NCBI GenBank assembly: GCA_951406725.2
Contig: OX597817.1
Coordinates: forward strand, 22,506,001 to 22,570,000
Source: Octopus vulgaris
Lineage: Eukaryota
Reading direction: 5' to 3'
DNA: 64,000 bases
In this document: piece after piece, positions 1 to 11,928 of the stretch
How the letters are laid out: every line of letters starts with the position of its first letter
Numbering within the stretch: position 1 is the first letter of the stretch
Notes under the pieces: model-generated
Told to the model about the DNA's origin: nothing
The model's input: only the letters and a program-made list of their open reading frames with translations
Databases searched by the model: none
Program-made: the position numbers and the translations under genes

Positions 1-750
1 TTTGATATACCAGATGAACTCACATCATGGAAAGAAATTCAAAGAGGGACAGCTCTGTCCAACTCCCTACTTCCTTGGGGCTAATTGTGGAGACAGCACT
101 AGGAAGTGAGTTTAAGATAAATAAGCAGTCGCATTAATGTATTTCACTACTGCCCACAAGGGGCTAAACACAGAGGGGACAAACGGATTATGTCGATTAC
201 ATCGACCCCAGGGCGTAACTAGTACTTAATTTATCGACCCCGAATGGATGAAAGGCAAAGTCAACCTCGGCGGAATTTGAACTCAGAACATAACAGCAGA
301 TGAAATACGGCTACGCATTTCGCCCGGCGTGCTAACGAGTCTGTCAGCTCGCCGCATTAATGGTTGTGCCCCAGCATGACCGCAGGCTCTGGCTGAAACT
401 GGTAATAAAAAATAAGAGAGAAAGAGAGAGAGAGAGAGAGACTAGGAATGTAATGGGAGAAAGTATTGCTTTAAGATCTCAGGTTGTTTGTTATTCTTTA
501 CAAAACATATGAAGTAGAATCAAAGGAAGTGGCAATCTACCATATTATATACCCATTCAACTCATACCTCTTTATATTAAAAACTAAAAATGTTGAGCTT
601 ATTTCTGAGATGATATTTGATATTTGAGTTTCATTTTCCACAGCTCTCTACTGGTTAGACATATCTGAGAAGATCTGTAACAGTGGACATCCTTTATGTG
701 CTGATGATGCTTACTTACAACTATCACATGATGTCAAGGAAAGGAGACTG
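1..750 (+). pseudogene. Highly decayed LINE reverse-transcriptase remnant, interrupted by SINEs
   Basis: Frame at ~645-750 reads WLDISEKICNSGHPLCADDAYL, resembling the G-I-x-I-x-G..N-LRYADD region of RTE-type RTs. Bases 1-80 read WKEIQRG..LS..L. Motif similarity is weak. Confidence 0.3.
141..355 (-). mobile_element. tRNA-derived SINE, family A
   Basis: Reverse complement of the GGCGGCGAGCTGGCAGAAACGTTAG...GAGTTCAAATTCCGCC...GCCCCTTGTGGG consensus seen many times in the window; target duplication CGCATTAATG. Confidence 0.9.
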
Positions 751-762
751 TAACACACACAC

Positions 763-797
<35 letters not shown>

Positions 798-862
798 GTG
801 TGTGTGTGTATGTATTATGTATATATACATATATACATACATATATACATTCATGTATATAT

Positions 863-1290
863 ACTCTTTTACTCTTTTACTCTTTTACTTGTTTCAGTCA
901 TTTGATTGTGGCCATGCTGGAGCACCGCCTTTAGTCGAGCAAATCGACCCCGGGACTTATTCTTTGTAAGCCCAGTACTTATTCTATCGGTCTCTTTTGC
1001 CAAACCGCTAGGTGACGGGGACGTAAACACACCAGCATCGGTTGTCAAGCAATGCTAGGGGGACAAACACAGACACACAAACACAAACACACACATACAC
1101 ACATATATATATATATATACATATATACGACAGGCTTCTTTCAGTTTCCATCTACCAAATCCACTCACAAGGCATTGGTCGGCCCGGGGCTATAGCAGAA
1201 GACACTTGCCCAAGATGCCATGCAGTGGGACTGAATCCGGAACCATGTGGTTGGTTAGCAAGCTACTTATCACACAGCCACTCCTGCGCC
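863..1290 (-). mobile_element. tRNA-derived CORE-type SINE, family B, with internal (TA)/(TG) microsatellite
   Basis: On the minus strand: tRNA head GGCGCAGGAGTGGCTGTGTG...GTTCAGTCCC-like B box, CORE-like CTTGGGCAAGTGTCTTC, tail (AAAAGAGT)n. Confidence 0.9.
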
Positions 1291-4003
1291 TATACATATA
1301 TATAATACATACAGATATGCATTCATACATACATACATATATACATACATATATATATATCAAAATGGAACAAAAACGCAATAGAAGGCATTAAAACGCT
1401 TGGACAGATAGATGACACAAAAGCAGTCAAGAGAAACAACAATTAGAAGGACAGGTAAAAAAAAGACAGGTCATTCTTGGCTTTCTGTCATCAGTCAAGT
1501 ACCAGAAGTCATGACCATTTTGGACATATATATATACATACACACACACATATATATATATATGATTATATATATACACACACACGCACAAAGTTTTCTT
1601 TCAGTTTCAATCTACTAACATCACTCACAAGGTTTTGGTCAGCCAGTGAGAGCACTGGAAGACATTGTCCAAGGTGCCGTGCAGTGAGAGTGAATCTGAA
1701 ATCGCGTGGTAGGAAGCTAACTGCTTAGCACACTGCTACACCTGCTACTAATTGCTATGCCTGCACTTATGGTTAAGAAATAAAAAGGTAAGATACTTTC
1801 TTTAAAACTGCAAAGCTTCAGGTCAATGGATCTGTAAAAGGGATAAGTCTATCCGAGCATAGATGGAAAATAATTTGTGGTGGTACATTAGAAAATAATA
1901 CTGGTATTCCTTTTGCCATAAATTTTTTTCCCTTTAGTTATAAAAACTTTCTTAGCTCAATCCGATGAACAGTTCTCAGTCAATATTTACTATCCAAATT
2001 GGGATGAATAATAATACCAAGTGCCAAGAAAAAATATTTTACTTTGAATCATAAACATAAGGATTACAACACACCATTTGCTTCAGAGAAAACTTGGGCA
2101 TATTTATTTAAGCAAGGTGTCATTTAAAGCAAGCCTTATTATTCTTTATGTAAACGTTAAAGGATTGCAAATGGTTATGGATTTGCCAAAAATACTTATG
2201 ATGATAAAAGTGAGAACCACCAGCCTATATGATAACACAGTATATTAGAAATAGCAGCTAAATAGCCATGAAATCATCCTCAGCAGCAGTGTTATATTGT
2301 TGTGGATATGCTATTTTATGTTAATGTGGGGTGGATGGGTTTTCTGCAGTCGTATTTTAACTCTTGTAGCTTCCTTTTGGGAGACATTGTGTAAGTATTC
2401 TAAACTGGGTTACATATGGTAACCATAAATCATATGATATTGATTTTAAAAAAAGGGAACTAGTCATTGGATAATGTAATCTTAAATATTCAAGCATGAA
2501 AAACAACTGATGAGGTAGGCAAGGATGGAAAATCTTTCATCTCGTAGATCTTCACTATTAAGTTTGAGACTGGGAACTAACCAGCAGCGAAAACAAACAT
2601 TCACAGCTTGAGAATGTCAGCTTAACAATAGCTCCTAGCTTCATCATTGCATGGTACATTGATTATATTGGTTAATGAATGAGAATCTTGATGCAAGGTC
2701 AGAAAAGAATGTGATCCCAAAAATCACATTTCCACCATTTGTTTCATCATCATCATAGTTGTCGTCATCGTTATCATCATCATAGTTATCATCATTATCG
2801 TTATCATCATCATCTAGAAAGCTTCTTTTTTTTTTCATTACTCAGCCATACCACTAACTGAAAACAAATAACAAATGCCTCACAAATCTTGCCAAATATA
2901 AAAGTCCTCTAGACATTAAAGTATGCATAAATTCTTGTGTTTGTTTGAAACAGGTAAGTGTTGGTGACAGAAAGGGCATCTGGTTAGAAAATAAGCCTCA
3001 GGAAATTCTGTTGTACCCATGGGAGCATTTAAAAGTGGATGGGAAATGATGAAGAAAATGAGATGATCATCATCTACATCAATAGTAATCTTTTCTGCCA
3101 CAAACACAAAGCCTGGAATTTTGGAGGAGTGGGCTAGTTTATTACAATGACCCCCAAAACTCAGCTGATACTTATTTCCTCAACCTCGAATGGATGAAAG
3201 GCAAAGTCGATCTAAGCAGAATTTGAACTCAGAATATAAAGATGGACCAAATGCTGCTAACACTTTTGCCAGCTTGCTGCCTATACATCACCATTAATGA
3301 GAAAGTCAACATCACCAGATATGAGAATATCACTGAAAATTTTGGTATGTGGTGTGTATAAGAATTTTCCTTTGTTCTGCAATGTAACATTTGTCAAGTA
3401 CACATAACCATTGCTGCGTATATTGTATTATATCAAGGTTGAACGAAGTAAGAGTGTTAATTGATTTTTTCATCATTATTTTGGTTTGTTTTTCTCTGTG
3501 GATATGATTAAAATCTTATGGTCTTTGGCTTGTGGTTCAATATCCTCTTGAGCTGACCTGCTCCAATTTACCTTATCTGCACATAAAAAAAATCTTATAG
3601 AATTAAGTTGAGAATGGATAAACCATAATAGCTAGTTTGTTGTTTGTGAAAAACTTCCACTAGTTTATTTCAAATTTTATGTGAATTCTTAAGAATTCTA
3701 CATACTCAACTTAGGTACAATTAAATAGAAAAATATTACCTTAGTTTGGATATTAGCAATATCCATTTCTTTTCAAACCTCAATGTTGGTTTGATGCCTT
3801 TATTTTTTTCTCTTGTGCTTTGTACATATTCCCTTTATTTATAAAAGATCTAAAGTGATATCCAGCCTTATTGCGTATAGAACATTATGAAGTAATGTTT
3901 ACATATCTAGGTAATATACTTATATTGAGAAGTAACTAACAACAAAGACTTCTATTCTCTATGAAACACACACACGGTCATACATACACACTCACCCACA
4001 CCT

Positions 4004-4035
<32 letters not shown>

Positions 4036-4419
4036 GTATGTATATATGTATACGTGTATGTGTTAAATCATAAACATCTTAGATCAAGTAAAAGCCTGTA
4101 GAAGAAAGACTTATAATGGAAAACTAATATTAATTAGACAATACAGCTGACCATCATTGATGAGATGCAAGTTATTTGAGGTTTAACTCAAGAACATGGG
4201 GGCCACTCTACTTTAATTGGTAAAACCTTTTCGCTAATAGCATCATAGTCCATGAATTAAAATGCACATACTTCCTCTGTGAATTTTGCATGTCCTAAAG
4301 CAGTTAATTTCATATAGGGTAAATTCTAATATATTATAGAACATAGTTGAGGAAACTGAGATTATCATGTAGTAACTGCATTATTTGTTTAATAATTACG
4401 ACAACTATATTTTCATTGT

Positions 4420-4670
4420 GGAGGCACATGGCCTAGTGGTTAGAGCAGTGGACTTGCAGTCGAGGGATCATGGGTTCAAATCTCAGACCGGGCAATGTGT
4501 GTGTTTATGAGTGAAGTACTTAAGCTCCACACTTGCACCACAACTTTCTCTCACTCTTTCCTCCTGCATCTTGCAGCTCACCTGCGTCCCATCCAGGTGG
4601 GGAACCTATATGCCAAGGAAACCGGGAAACTGACCCTTATGAGTCAGGTGTGGCTCAAGAAGGAACAAAC
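4420..4670 (+). mobile_element. tRNA-derived SINE, family C (short subfamily), CpG-decayed
   Basis: A box TGGCCTAGTGG, B box GGTTCAAATC; colinear with the copy at 63373; TSD TATTTTCATTG-like. Confidence 0.85.
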
Positions 4671-7226
4671 AATATTTTCATTGGTAGCTGGACATCAAAT
4701 GTTCATTTATGATGTTATTTGATATAAAATTTTTAAAAAAGATTTTAGTCATTTGGTCTCTACTGCAGAGTAGTTTGTGGCAGAAAAGCATTCTGCTGTA
4801 GAAATATGGTAAAATATGTTACAAATATATAAAAATATACTTAATCCACTCTGTAGATTAGTTTTAAGTAGTAATAATACAAAGGACATCTAACTTAAAC
4901 TTCTCAAAGCATGAACCATGCATATAATAATGGCTAATAGCTATTAAAGGTGGAAACATTGGGCCATGTGTGATATGCTCTCTTTACTATTGCTATTTAT
5001 GTAAACTCTCTCTCAGATACAGTAAAAAGGTATCAGTCTATCCTCTCATTGCATTGTTGCTATTTTATGGATCAACTGTGACCATGTAGATCTTTCTGTT
5101 ATTATCACACATTTTAGAGGATATTTAATCTATGTTGGCCTGTATTCTGATACTTTGATAATTCTTTAATTTTTTGTGTGTTGGATGTAGGAGAGAGGAA
5201 AAGTTGTTGCTGAGAGCTACTTTGATCCCTGATGTCTTATCTCGGGTGAGCCTATTGAAATGTTATTCTCATTGGACTAAAGGAAAGGGAGTTAAGTGAT
5301 TATACCCTAGGATAACCTTTACTAGGAAACATTTTTTTCCTCCTGTACTTTCAGACAAATAGTGACTATACATAAGAAAATGGCCCGAAATTTTATGCAT
5401 CAAGTAATTGTGGTGTCCTCTTGCTGGAAATCTAGTCCAACTGCACCCAAGAGACAAGAAGTGGCAATTAAACTAAGCCATGTTTGGAGTTACCATCTAA
5501 GAATAGAAAGTTTCATTAATACAATAAAAATATTTCCATTTCTTATTTTAATTTTAATGAAATTATTTGTGATGAAAAGTATATTTGGAAAAAAATGAAG
5601 AAAAATTATTTGTAATATGTTCTAATTAGTTTTAATTAAGTTAATGCAAATGAAGCACCTTGTGGTTAGAACTTATTTCTTCTCAAAATAATGTTCAGGC
5701 TAGAATTTAAAAAAAATTATTAAAATATCTATTATGGCTTTTACTAAATTAAATCATGTTAATATTGTGTGGTGTAAGATATTAAAGGATTATATAATGT
5801 GCAGCCTTCTCTAGAATAACAGAAACTCCCCATCCCAAAAAACCCTAATGAATTGGTTACGTCAGCATCCCTGAACCAGAACTGTTCTTCAGTGAATATC
5901 TGAATCACCCAATAATATTAGCTACACTAATAATATTCTTACAAAATTCTATCTACACAAGTTCAGTGTCAAGCTGTCCAGCTTCTATTAAAAAACTTTG
6001 AGAACACAGGAGATGAATGATATTTTAGTGAAGTTAAAGTTCAATCAAGATGGTTGTTGTAATTTAAATCCTAGATCAATGCTGATTGTGCATACCTATG
6101 ATCAACAATATTCTGGCCATGATCATCTGATCATCTCATATCTCTCTTGAGTATTGTGTATCTTGTACTACATAATCTGTGTCCCTCTTCTTTTAAGGCT
6201 ATGTGTTATAATTTGCAAGAAATTTGATTGAGCAATCACACTGTAGTTCTATTGTCTGCTGGGTTAGACTATGAGATATCTGAACTATACTGCTAAAGTG
6301 AATATATAGAGAGAAAAATGCACACCTAAATCAGATATAAAATCATATCAAACCTTTAAATCATTTGGAAGATTATTATTTCATATTGTTATTCTGTTTC
6401 ATATTTAAGAAAAAACACAAAAAGAATAACGAAGTATGTAATATTCAATAGGTGATGATATTAGTTTCTTTCAGCAAGGCAAAAATCCTGAATTTTGAAA
6501 TAAAAAGGAAATGTACTGTTCAGAGTTATGTTCCTGTACTAGGAAAAGAAAATTATTAATCAGATTTTACTTTCAAACTGATTGTTTTGCAATCATAACT
6601 AACTTTGGGAAAAACAACACACAGTTCATATCTCATATTTCTTGTCTCCTACAAAATTAGATGGCATCAAGTACTGTTTGTGTTTTCTAACATAGGAACA
6701 ATGTCACAGATTTTTGGGGATTGTTACAGTCAATTATATCAGCCACAATACTTGAATGCTATTTATTCTACTGACTCTGAGAGGATGAATGTCAAGTTGT
6801 CTTGATTTGTGTTGGAACCAGGATATAAGAGATATGCTTTAAATACTGCAAAGTATTTTGTTCAGCGCTCTGTGACTATCCACATCAGAGATGCATTTTC
6901 AAAACAGTTTCAGTTTGTACTTGTAGCAAATTCTCAAAAATTTTGCTACACTATGCAATTTGGCAAAGCATGAATTCTATGAAATCTTGTTCCCTATCTT
7001 ATTCTTTAAAAATTTTGTCTTAATATAGACACAAAGCCTTAAATGTTGGAGTGGTATAGTCTTTTGTATCAATTTCTGTATTTGAATGGTACTTTATTCT
7101 ATCAACCACTGAAAGGAAAATGACATTGTTGACTTCATTTAGATTTGAACAAAATGTAAAAGACTATAGTGAAATACATATGGTACTTTGTCTGGTGCTT
7201 TTATGATTTTGCTGTTCCATAAAATA

Positions 7227-7789
7227 TTGGGTTGTCCAGAAAGTTCATGCTGATTTATAGTAGCTTACATTTTGACTTATATCAGAACATGGTTAAGTCC
7301 ATATAATAGGATTTGACTACACCTCCATTTAGAGAATAGTTTAAGCTATCTTTTCGTGAAAGATTTATGTTCCTATAACCAGTGTTAATTCTGTAACCCT
7401 TTAAAATAGAAGAGAAGAAAGTTCATTTTCGGCACTTGATGCTTTGGGAACCAGACGAAAATTGCTGCAACTTGACTGGGATGTGTTACTCCACCCTCCA
7501 TATTAACCAGATATTGCTCCTTCGGATTTCCACTTATTCAGGTCTCTGCATAATAGTCTTAATGGTAAAAATTTCAATTCCTTGGATGACGTAATAAGAT
7601 ACCATGATGAATTCTTTGCCATGAAACCGCCTCAATTCTGGGAAGAGGGTATTTTCAAACTAAAGGAAAGATGGAGACACATTGTGCAACAAAATGGTTC
7701 ATATTTGGTTGATTTAAAATGTAATGGCAAGTATTTATTGACCATTTTCTTTCCTTTAAAAATTGGCAGGAACTTTCCTGACAACCCAA
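7227..7789 (+). mobile_element. Internally deleted mariner DNA transposon
   Basis: TIRs TTGGGTTGTCCAGAAAGTTC / GAACTTTCCTGACAACCCAA flanked by TA on both sides; transposase motif LDWDVLLHPPY*PDIAPSDFHLFRSLHNSL (YSPDLAPSD) at ~7470-7560. Confidence 0.92.
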
Positions 7790-7839
7790 TATTAAAGATA
7801 CTTGACTTAAATAGATTGTTATGAACATTCAATTGCATG

Positions 7840-8710
7840 TCCTATCCAATTGCATGTTAGAAAGATTTTCTTAATGTCAGCAGCATAAGACCCAAAGTAC
7901 TTAAAGTCATTGATATCTTTGTATTGTATACTATCATTGAAATGCATTTACATATGATTTCATCTTCATTGACAGTCATGTATCGAATAATCTTTGCATT
8001 GAGAAATGGCTCAACCTTATCTGCAGTATTCTAAGAGGACAGCAACAGATGTTGATGAGCTAAGAGGACAAGACCCTCAGCATAGATAAGGTCAGCGTGA
8101 TGCAGGTACTACTTACGTCTTGATCATTTATATTTAACAGTACAACCTTTGCCTAGAATGGGAATTAAGGCTTCACATAAATATGTATTTCATCAAAGGA
8201 ACTTTGAAGTATGTCTACTATGACTGGAAATTATTTAGCTGAACCATCTTTGCACAAAGCTTGGTGGGTTTTCATATATGATGGTGACGGTTTAACAATC
8301 TCATCTAAATGTTGTCGTTCAAAAGAATATGCAATACAACCCTTGTATCGACAGTATCAAATATCTAAAGAAATCCACTAATTCAATCGAAACCTTTCGT
8401 GTGGAGATTCTGAACACTTTTCTAATTCTTCTAATTGTGAGGATAAGGATCTGAAGTAGTGCTTTTCTGCCTATGTGGGAGTTGTTTTCTTTCCATTGTA
8501 AGATAGTTTCAATGTGAAAGGAAGTTCTGCTAAGGAACAAAAAGTTATTGCTCAATGCAGGCTGGCTTCTGCTGGTCATTGCTATTGTGCTGAACACAAG
8601 GCCATATCAAATGCTTTATTTTAAACACTTTTGCCCTTCGAGAGATGATGAACACCTCTGAATTACATTGATGCTATTGGCAGACATGCAGCATAAAATT
8701 AAAGACATAC
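7840..8710 (-). pseudogene. Decayed LINE (RTE-like) reverse transcriptase remnant
   Basis: Minus-strand fragments VDF..FDTVD (~8350-8380), LHHAD (YADD-like, ~8090-8105) and KDINDFKYFGSY (~7885-7920) occur in RT order. Confidence 0.6.
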
Positions 8711-8760
8711 CAAATGTTGTGGAGGAGAGAGATCCCTGGTAGTGTGTAACATAAAAGAAA

Positions 8761-9065
8761 CGTCGCCCTTTCAAGCCTAGCCAGGCTCATGGGCCTGGGT
8801 TCCTGGTTTCTGTGGCTTATGTGTTCCCTCCCAGCTGGACTGGACGCCACTCCATTGCCGCATTACTCAAGAAACAGGAAGAGAGAGTGAAAGAAAGTTG
8901 TGGCGAAAAAGTAGAACAGGGGTCACCACCACCCCCTGCTGGAGCCTCGTGGAGCTTTTTAGGTATTTTCGTTCAATAAACACACACAATGCCCGGTCTG
9001 GGAATTGAAACTGCGATCCTCCGACTGCGAGTCTGCAGCCCTAACCACTGGGCCATTGCACCTCA
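8761..9065 (-). mobile_element. tRNA-derived SINE, family C variant, CpG-decayed
   Basis: Reverse complement of the GAGG.GCAATGGCCCAGTGGTTAGGGC... head and body shared with the copies at 27995 and 60053; TSD GGT.GTGTGTAA. Confidence 0.85.
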
Positions 9066-10229
9066 CTCTGGTGGTGTGTAATGAAACTTATCTTGTTAGT
9101 GGTGGCTTGAAGAAGAAAGCTTATCTAGTAACAAGAAATTGAATATAAAAAATAGCATGTTAGTTAAGCTATGGTGCTTAAATGAAGGATATGAATAGTT
9201 CTTCACTGCTTAAATTGATTTTAGGTTTATTTATGAGGTGAATGATATTTCATCCATAGGCATCTTAAATTTCTATATATGTAGGTTTACAATTTCTGTT
9301 GTGTCCTTCTTTTTTCAGGTGCTCAGGTGTTTAAAAGATTTGGTTGCTATTTCATCCATTTCAAGCATTTTATAGAGATAGCCCTTTGCTGACTCATTTA
9401 AGGGCTCTGTTTGTTTGTGGAAGTGTACAGAAGCAAACAACAAACTGTTGCATTTCAAAATATCTTCGCTATAAACTTAAATGCATATTTCATTGAAAAA
9501 CATTTTGAAAGATGTTTTGTTTGTTTTCTTCATAACCAAAACATATTTGACAAATTAATGGTCATAAAAAAAAGAAGAAAAAAAGACACAGGTAATAAAT
9601 ACAAAATTTATAAAATAGCTTTGAGAGTAATTCTGATATCTATTTAGAAATTCATGAAATTCTAAAAAATAAACTAGACTTGCACATACATGTACATCAT
9701 AACATAGATACAGATCTGCTACACATACACAAACTAAAACACGCACACACATATCTATGGATAAATGCACATATATCTCCATAGATATCTATAGATATGG
9801 GCACACATGCACACACACATATATATATATGGAGTGAAATTCATGGCAGCATTCATAATTATTTCTTTTGATATCCTATGATCATAGAACATATATAAGG
9901 GATATGTAACATTAGCAGTGATATGATTGTGTGTGTGTGTGTGCTTGTGTGTGTGCATGTGTGTGTGTGTATGTATATGTGTGGTGTAAGTATATGTGTG
10001 TGCACATGCAAATGTATGGTTCTATGCATGCTTGTGTGTGTTAATGCATGTCTATATGCATATTTCTATGTGAAGGTGCATTTATATATTTTGTAATCCT
10101 TTTTTTTTTTCGGAAAAAGCTTTCTGGTGGTGTCTTGTGTGAAAAAATTTTGGAAAACGATGAGTAAGCCAGCAATAACTGTGATGATCGTAACAACTGT
10201 TATTATGATTCTATCAAGGAGGCAAGCTG

Positions 10230-10870
10230 GTCCAATCGTTAGCATGATGGACAAAATACCTAACAGCATATATTTTGGCTTCCCATTCTGAATTCAAATT
10301 CCTCTGAGGTTGACTTTGCCTTTCATCCAATTGGTGTCGATAAAATAAGTACAAGTTATGCACTGAGGTTGATATAGTTGACATCATCTCCCCAAAATTG
10401 TAGGCCTTGTTCCTATGTCTTATCTCACCTTTTTACTTGCTTCTGTCATTGGAGTACGGCCATGCTAGGACATTGCCTTTGGAGGGTTTTAGTTGAAAAC
10501 ATTGATCCCAGTTTTTAGTTTGTTTAAAGCCTGGTATTTATTCTATCAGTTTATATAGCTGAACTGCTAAGTTACAACAAAAAATATTATCTAAAGGTGG
10601 TAAGCTGGCAATATTGCTTACACACTATACAAAGTACTTAACAACATTTTTTAAGGTTTTATGTCCTGTGTTAAAATTATGCTATGGTCAACTTTGCCTT
10701 TCAGTGTTTTGGGGGATGATAAAATATGCACCAGCTGAACACTAGGGTTAATGTAATCGACTGATCCACCCCAAATATTTCAGGTCTTTTTCCTATTGTA
10801 GAAAGAATTATTATGTTCTGAGTTCAAATCCTGCCCGGGTCGACTTTGCCTTTCATCCATCTGGGACTGA
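10230..10870. mobile_element. Cluster of old, degenerate SINE A and B fragments
   Basis: Repeated GACTTTGCCTTTCATCC and GAGTTCAAAT motifs (+) and a reversed SINE-B tail (10430-10580), with many substitutions. Confidence 0.7.
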
Positions 10871-11490
10871 TGGTCTAGTATCAGAATTTATTGCAAGCTG
10901 AGAGACTGCGTGGAAAACCACTTGAAGATGATGATGATGATGATGACAATGTTGATCATAATGATTCTGATGTTAAGAAGTAAAGTATTGTTGATGACTC
11001 ATAATTATTTAACAAGTTATATTGATAGATCTAACTTTTATATGATACGGATTTTGACAATGACGCTAATGATTATGACAACGTCGACGAAAATGATGAT
11101 GATAATGACGGGGATAATGGTGACAGCGACGACCACAACAATGATGAAAAAGGCGGTTTATTTTAGTACAGCTCGCTATGATTATAGAGTTTATGTTATT
11201 TTTGTTGATGATGTCATTTATGGTTACAATGGTAACGAAAGCGATTAAAAACACAACTGAAAACAATAACTATAAAATAAACAATATCGGCCAATGAAGG
11301 AGCCTTTATGTTAGGTTTCCATAAGCTACTTTTAAAATTCAAGACTACTAAAGGATTGCCCAATATATATGTAGCGTACGCTTGAAGGAAATTCCTCTCT
11401 CTCTCTCTCTCTGTTATATATACATAAATACGGACGTAGTAGATAACAGCTAGCCTTCGGTCACCCTTTTGGACCCTGTTGTGTCCACTA

Positions 11491-11665
11491 CTCTGATTGG
11501 TTGGTATAGGCACAACTTGTCTCTTGCTCTATTGTGCGCCAATATGCAACCCAACCAATCTCAGCCTTCTGATAAGGTCACATGATACAGTCTTTTCCAA
11601 ACCTTCGGTGAGCCGCCTGCACCTTATAAAACTCTAGCTTTACATAGAGTCGAAGGCTTTCGGTT
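11491..11665 (+). promoter_or_regulatory. Candidate RNA Pol II promoter
   Basis: ATTGG 11496-11500, CCAAT 11539-11543 and 11555-11559, GATAAG ~11571, E-box GTCACATGA 11577-11585, TATAAAA 11625-11631, Inr-like TCGGTT 11660-11665. Non-repetitive, CpG-retaining sequence. Confidence 0.6.
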
Positions 11666-11895
11666 CCAGACCTTTTGAGGTTTAGCCACTGACCACGCAA
11701 GACACAGCCAGTTCCAGCGACAACACAACAGCAGCCACATGGAGACTCATCAACATTCGTCCAACAGCATGCGGCGATCTCTTTATTCGTCGCCACCATC
11801 ATCTTCTTAACGTCGTCAACATCATCTCTACGTATACAGCAACAAGCAACACTCGCACTGGTTCTACCACAACAGTGTTTGTAAATTACTTCACC

Positions 11896-11928
11896 ATGGT
11901 TAGCAGCAAATACAACCTGCGCGACTAC
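11896..11928 (+). CDS. Coding part of a candidate first exon (MVSSKYNLRDY) of an unidentified gene
   Basis: Strong Kozak context CACCATGG, 11 codons, then consensus donor C|GTGAGT at 11929 (phase 0), about 270 nt after the TATA box. No downstream exon identified. Confidence 0.5.

Noticed and set aside
628-750. Acceptor TTTCATTTTCCACAG plus a 36-codon open frame
   Set aside because: The peptide is better explained as a decayed RT (LCADD) than as a host exon.
1360-1525. Minus-strand CTGATGA...GAAT hammerhead-like text in a (TA)n-flanked insert
   Set aside because: No GAAA and no convincing stem II; at best a decayed terminal-repeat fragment.
5330-5545. Strong acceptor TTTTTTTCCTCCTGTACTTTCAG followed by a short frame and AATAAA (possible terminal exon)
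   Set aside because: No recognisable protein in any frame and no partner exon; such motifs are common in AT-rich DNA. Needs RNA-seq.
11896-11904. ATG|GTTAGC as an alpha-tubulin/calmodulin-style ATG-only exon
   Set aside because: The downstream GTGAGT is a better donor, and no tubulin or calmodulin exon is visible in the window.
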